A stretch of 64,000 nt of DNA from Acetatifactor sp. (lineage in GTDB: Bacteria > Bacillota > Clostridia > Lachnospirales > Lachnospiraceae). Shown piece after piece: positions 60,297-64,000 of this stretch (the stretch's first letter is position 1; each line of letters opens with the position of its first letter). Where the stretch lies: the NCBI GenBank assembly GCA_045124375.1, contig JBGVLR010000187.1, positions 8,848-72,847 of the forward strand, read 5' to 3'. The notes beneath the pieces are model-generated. The model was not told the DNA's origin. It was given only the letters and a program-made list of their open reading frames with translations, and did not search any database. A program made the translations under genes and the position numbers.

Positions 60297-62024
60297 ATGA
60301 GAGAAAAATATGAATCATTACAGCTCGTACAGTTAAAGGAACTTGCGAAGGCACGTGGCTTAAAAGGCGTCTCTATCATGAAGAAAGCTGCATTGATCGA
60401 ATTAATGCTGGCTGAAGATGAGAAAGAGAAGGCCAAAGCAGAAGCTGCAAAACCGGCACCTGCCAAAGAAGAAGTGCCTAAGACTGTCACACCTGCTAAA
60501 GAGGAAGCTCCCAAGGCTGCAGCGCCTGCCAGAGAAGAAGGAACAAAGCCTGCCCAGAACAGAACAGTTGTTAAGGTGAATCAGGAATTTCAGAGAAAAC
60601 CGGAATCCAGAATCAGCTTTGTACGCAACGAGAGTCAGTCAGCTTCCAGAGTAGAGGGAGGAGCTAACAGATACGAAGCTTCCGGCAATGGTAATTATAG
60701 CAGAAATAATAACTATGGAAATAATTCCGGCTATAATAATTATAAGAAGAATGACAACAACCGCAATGACAGCACTGCACGTGATAATAAGAGTGAAGTG
60801 CGCAATGACAGCGTGGAAGCAGCAGAAGAGCGCCAGCAGCGTCCTGCTTATCGCCCTCAGGAGGCATATGACGAGAGCCAGTATCCCAAGGAGCTGGACA
60901 GCGGCGTAGAAGCCAGCGGTATCCTGGAAGTAATGCCGGATGGTTACGGATTTATCCGCTGTGAGAACTATATGCCCGGTGAGAACGATGTCTATGTAGC
61001 ACCCAGCCAGATCAGACGTTTCGGACTGAAGACCGGTGATATTTTAAAAGGAAATAAGAGGATCAAGACTCAGCAGGAGAAGTTCAGTGCTCTTCTGTTC
61101 GTTCGTTCCATCAACGGCTATACCGTGGAAGAAGCCTCCAGAAGAATGAACTTTGAGGACATGACACCTATTTTCCCCAACGAGAGAATTAATCTGGAGA
61201 CTCCCGGCTGCAGCGTAGCCATGAGAGTTATGGACCTGGTAAGCCCTGTAGGTAAGGGACAGCGTGGTATGATCGTATCCCCGCCGAAAGCAGGTAAGAC
61301 CACTCTGTTGAAGGAAGTAGCTAAGTCTATTTTGCGTTCCAATCCTCATATGCATATGCTGATCCTTCTGATTGACGAGCGTCCTGAGGAAGTTACCGAT
61401 ATCCGTGAGGCTATTCAGGGTGAGAACGTGGAAGTGATCTATTCCACTTTCGATGAACTGCCTGAGCATCATAAGAGAGTATCCGAAATGGTTATCGAGC
61501 GTGCCAAGAGATTGGTAGAGCACAAGAAGGATGTAGTTATCCTGATCGACAGTATCACCCGTCTGACCCGTGCTTACAACCAGGTAGTGCCCCCCAGCGG
61601 ACGTACTCTGTCAGGTGGTCTGGATCCTTCGGCATTGCATATGCCTAAGAGATTCTTCGGTGCAGCCCGTAACATGCGTGAAGGCGGCAGCCTGACCATT
61701 CTTGCAACAGCACTGGTAGATACCGGAAGTAAGATGGATGACGTAGTATACGAGGAATTTAAAGGTACCGGTAACATGGAAATGATTCTGGACCGTAAGC
61801 TTTCCGAGAAGCGTATCTTCCCTGCGATTGATCTGCAGAAATCAGGCACCAGAAGAGAGGATCTGCTGTTGGATTCGGATGAGCTGGAAGCTATCAACAT
61901 CATGCGTAAGGCATTGAACGGTCTCAAGCCGGATGAAGCAACTGATAAGATTCTGGATATGTTCTCACGCACGAGAAATAACAGAGAATTTGTATCTCTG
62001 GTAAAAAAGAACAGATTTATTTAA
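60297..62024 (+). CDS. rho: Transcription termination factor Rho with N-terminal insertion
   Basis: DGYGFIR, GKGQRG, PPKAGKT, DERPEE, SGRTLSGG, FKGTGNME, SGTRRE. Confidence 0.98.
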   Translation: MREKYESLQLVQLKELAKARGLKGVSIMKKAALIELMLAEDEKEKAKAEAAKPAPAKEEVPKTVTPAKEEAPKAAAPAREEGTKPAQNRTVVKVNQEFQRKPESRISFVRNESQSASRVEGGANRYEASGNGNYSRNNNYGNNSGYNNYKKNDNNRNDSTARDNKSEVRNDSVEAAEERQQRPAYRPQEAYDESQYPKELDSGVEASGILEVMPDGYGFIRCENYMPGENDVYVAPSQIRRFGLKTGDILKGNKRIKTQQEKFSALLFVRSINGYTVEEASRRMNFEDMTPIFPNERINLETPGCSVAMRVMDLVSPVGKGQRGMIVSPPKAGKTTLLKEVAKSILRSNPHMHMLILLIDERPEEVTDIREAIQGENVEVIYSTFDELPEHHKRVSEMVIERAKRLVEHKKDVVILIDSITRLTRAYNQVVPPSGRTLSGGLDPSALHMPKRFFGAARNMREGGSLTILATALVDTGSKMDDVVYEEFKGTGNMEMILDRKLSEKRIFPAIDLQKSGTRREDLLLDSDELEAINIMRKALNGLKPDEATDKILDMFSRTRNNREFVSLVKKNRFI

Positions 62025-62033
62025 GGATAAGGT

Positions 62034-63410
62034 ATGGAACGTTTTAAGAAATTATTTGCAGCAGTAGATATGACGGAAGGAAGTCCATGGGAGAAGATTC
62101 TGCTCTTCACATTCCCGATGCTTCTTGGTAATATTGCACAGCAGCTCTACAACACCGTAGACAGTGTTGTAGTAGGTAAATACATCGGGGACAATGCCCT
62201 TGCCGCAGTAGGAAGTGCAGGCCCGATCTTTAACCTGCTGCTTGTGTTGTTTATTGGAATCAGTACGGGTGCCACGATTATGGTATCCCAGTATTTTGGA
62301 GCAAGAAAGCGGGAGGAACTGTCCAAGACTATTGGAAACTGTATTGTTCTGACTGCCATTGCTTCCGTATTTATTATGATTGTTGCCACGCTGGCTTCCA
62401 GGCCGTTGCTCATACTCCTGGACACGCCGGAGAGTATTCTTGACTGGTGTACTTCTTATTTGCAGATTCTGTTTATCGGAATTGCCGGTCTGGCCTATTA
62501 TAACATTCTTTGCGGTGTATTAAGAGGTCTTGGTGACTCCGTCTCTGCATTGTTGTACCTGGTAGTGGCAAGTATTTTGAACATCATTCTGGATGTGTTT
62601 TTCGTGGCAAAATGTAACATGGGTGTTGCAGGTGTTGCACTGGCAACAGTCATCGCTCAGGCAGTATCGGCAGTGCTTTGCGTCTTGAAACTGATGAGGA
62701 TGACGGATTTGTTCGATTTTAAGCTGAAGTATTTCAAGCTGGATAAAGAGATTGCCTGGAATATCATCCGTTTGGGACTGCCTTCCGGTATCACTCAGGC
62801 GATCATGTCCATGGCGATGATCCTGGTGCAGGCACTTACCAACAGCTTTGGAGAGCAGTTTATCGCTGCCAACGTTATTATCATGCGCGTGGATGGCTTT
62901 GCTATGCTTCCCAATTTCTCTTTCGGTACAGCGATGACTACATATGCCGGACAGAATGTGGGAGCCGGACAGCATGACCGAGTTGCGAAAGGTGCCAAGC
63001 AGGGAACTTTGATGGCGATTGCAACATCTGCTGTCATCACAGGAACCATATTAATTTTCGGTAAGTACCTCATGGGAATTTTTACAGATACAGCATCCCT
63101 GGTAGAACTCAGTATGAACATGATGCGCATTCTGGCAGTGGGATACATTGCGGTAGCAGTGACCCAGAGCCTGTCAGGTGTCATGCGTGGTGCGGGTGAT
63201 ACGATGACTCCCATGTGGATCTCTATTGTACAGACCATTATCATCCGAGTGCCTCTGGCATATGGACTGGTTTATCTGACAAAGAGTGATGTATATCCAA
63301 ACGGTCGTTCAGAATGCATATTTATCTCTTTATTGATCTCCTGGATACTGGGAGCAGCCCTGACCGCTATTTTCTATAGAAAAGGAAAATGGCGTAAAGA
63401 TGCGCTTTAA
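62034..63410 (+). CDS. MATE family efflux transporter
   Basis: QQLYNTVDSVVVG, RGLGDS, GQNVGA, RGAGDT. Confidence 0.95.
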   Translation: MERFKKLFAAVDMTEGSPWEKILLFTFPMLLGNIAQQLYNTVDSVVVGKYIGDNALAAVGSAGPIFNLLLVLFIGISTGATIMVSQYFGARKREELSKTIGNCIVLTAIASVFIMIVATLASRPLLILLDTPESILDWCTSYLQILFIGIAGLAYYNILCGVLRGLGDSVSALLYLVVASILNIILDVFFVAKCNMGVAGVALATVIAQAVSAVLCVLKLMRMTDLFDFKLKYFKLDKEIAWNIIRLGLPSGITQAIMSMAMILVQALTNSFGEQFIAANVIIMRVDGFAMLPNFSFGTAMTTYAGQNVGAGQHDRVAKGAKQGTLMAIATSAVITGTILIFGKYLMGIFTDTASLVELSMNMMRILAVGYIAVAVTQSLSGVMRGAGDTMTPMWISIVQTIIIRVPLAYGLVYLTKSDVYPNGRSECIFISLLISWILGAALTAIFYRKGKWRKDAL

Positions 63411-63436
63411 TATGATCTTAATGTGGTAAGGAATAG

Positions 63437-63485
63437 AAACCTGAATGTATTTCTTCTTATTATAAGAGAGTACATTCAGGTTTTT
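63437..63485 (+). terminator. Terminator after MATE
   Basis: AAACCTGAATGTA...TACATTCAGGTTTTT. Confidence 0.8.
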
Positions 63486-63660
63486 AATTTATAAATAAAG
63501 CGTTTTGCGGGCAGAAACATGGTAGGAAAAGTTAAATGGTGCCATATGCAATTTTATATGTTAATGATTCCGAAAAAATATGTATTGTTTTCTGGCGATC
63601 CATGTTAATATATAAGAGACATATTAATTAATATATAGTATAGCAGTTTGCGTGTCAGTT

Positions 63661-63825
63661 GTAACAGTTCAGACGCACCATTCGCAAAATCGCGCCTGCG
63701 GCGCTTTCCGTCGCTTCGCGACTATTTTTGCTCATAATCTGGCGCTCAGTACAACCCTATACGTAAGCGCAAAATCATGCGAGCATGATTTGTGCGCCTA
63801 CGTCCGGGGTTGTCTGAACTGTTAC
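63661..63825. mobile_element. 165-bp MITE-like element, subfamily A, complete (inverted relative to 18631)
   Basis: Same 14-bp TIRs; flanks TGTCAGTT / TGTCAGTC (7 of 8 identical). Confidence 0.9.
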
Positions 63826-63898
63826 TGTCAGTCTGCGTAGGAAAAAATAATTGTATAGATATTCTTGCGCAGGGGTAAACAGAAATCAACGAGGAAGC

Positions 63899-64000
63899 AT
63901 GAATACATTATATTTTAAATACGCATTAGAGGTAGAACGTGCGGGTTCTATCACACAGGCGGCGCAGAGCCTGTACATGGCACAGCCCAATTTAAGTAAG
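63899..64000 (+). CDS. LysR family regulator, N-terminus (3' truncated by window)
   Basis: MNTLYFKYALEVERAGSITQAAQSLYMAQPNLSK. Confidence 0.9.
   Translation, partial: MNTLYFKYALEVERAGSITQAAQSLYMAQPNLSK

Overview
Chromosomal window from a spore-forming Clostridia-class bacterium, most likely Lachnospiraceae (inferred from gene order and protein sequences). The backbone is housekeeping: tig-clpP-clpX-lon-engB-ytvI-truA, an ECF sigma/anti-sigma pair, mntP with a yybP-ykoY riboswitch, a cold-shock gene, clpB, M3/M18/S8 peptidases, sugar regulator-enzyme pairs, MarR plus a heterodimeric ABC exporter, LacI plus a glucan phosphorylase, rarA, malic enzyme, rho and MATE. No rRNA, tRNA, CRISPR array or autonomous transposase is visible. 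The best candidates for undescribed biology are non-coding. (1) Two very divergent Rpn-family PD-(D/E)xK nuclease genes 40 kb apart share a 25-nt leader motif inside the same predicted multi-branch RNA fold, ending in an RBS-occluding hairpin; both also carry a probable internally translated C-terminal antitoxin, which survives even in the broken copy. (2) A ~165-bp non-autonomous element (six whole or partial copies, two subfamilies) combines 14-bp terminal inverted repeats and 8-bp target duplications with covarying hairpins capped by c-GNA-g triloops on one strand; one copy forms the whole predicted 5' UTR of an O-antigen-ligase-like gene. Also notable: a membrane-anchored EIIA-Glc homolog lacking both active-site histidines, an orphan response regulator with a degenerate receiver, a Rho with an Asn-rich insertion, and a decayed SipW/sortase-B surface-protein islet upstream of tig. 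All alignments and folds were done by eye.
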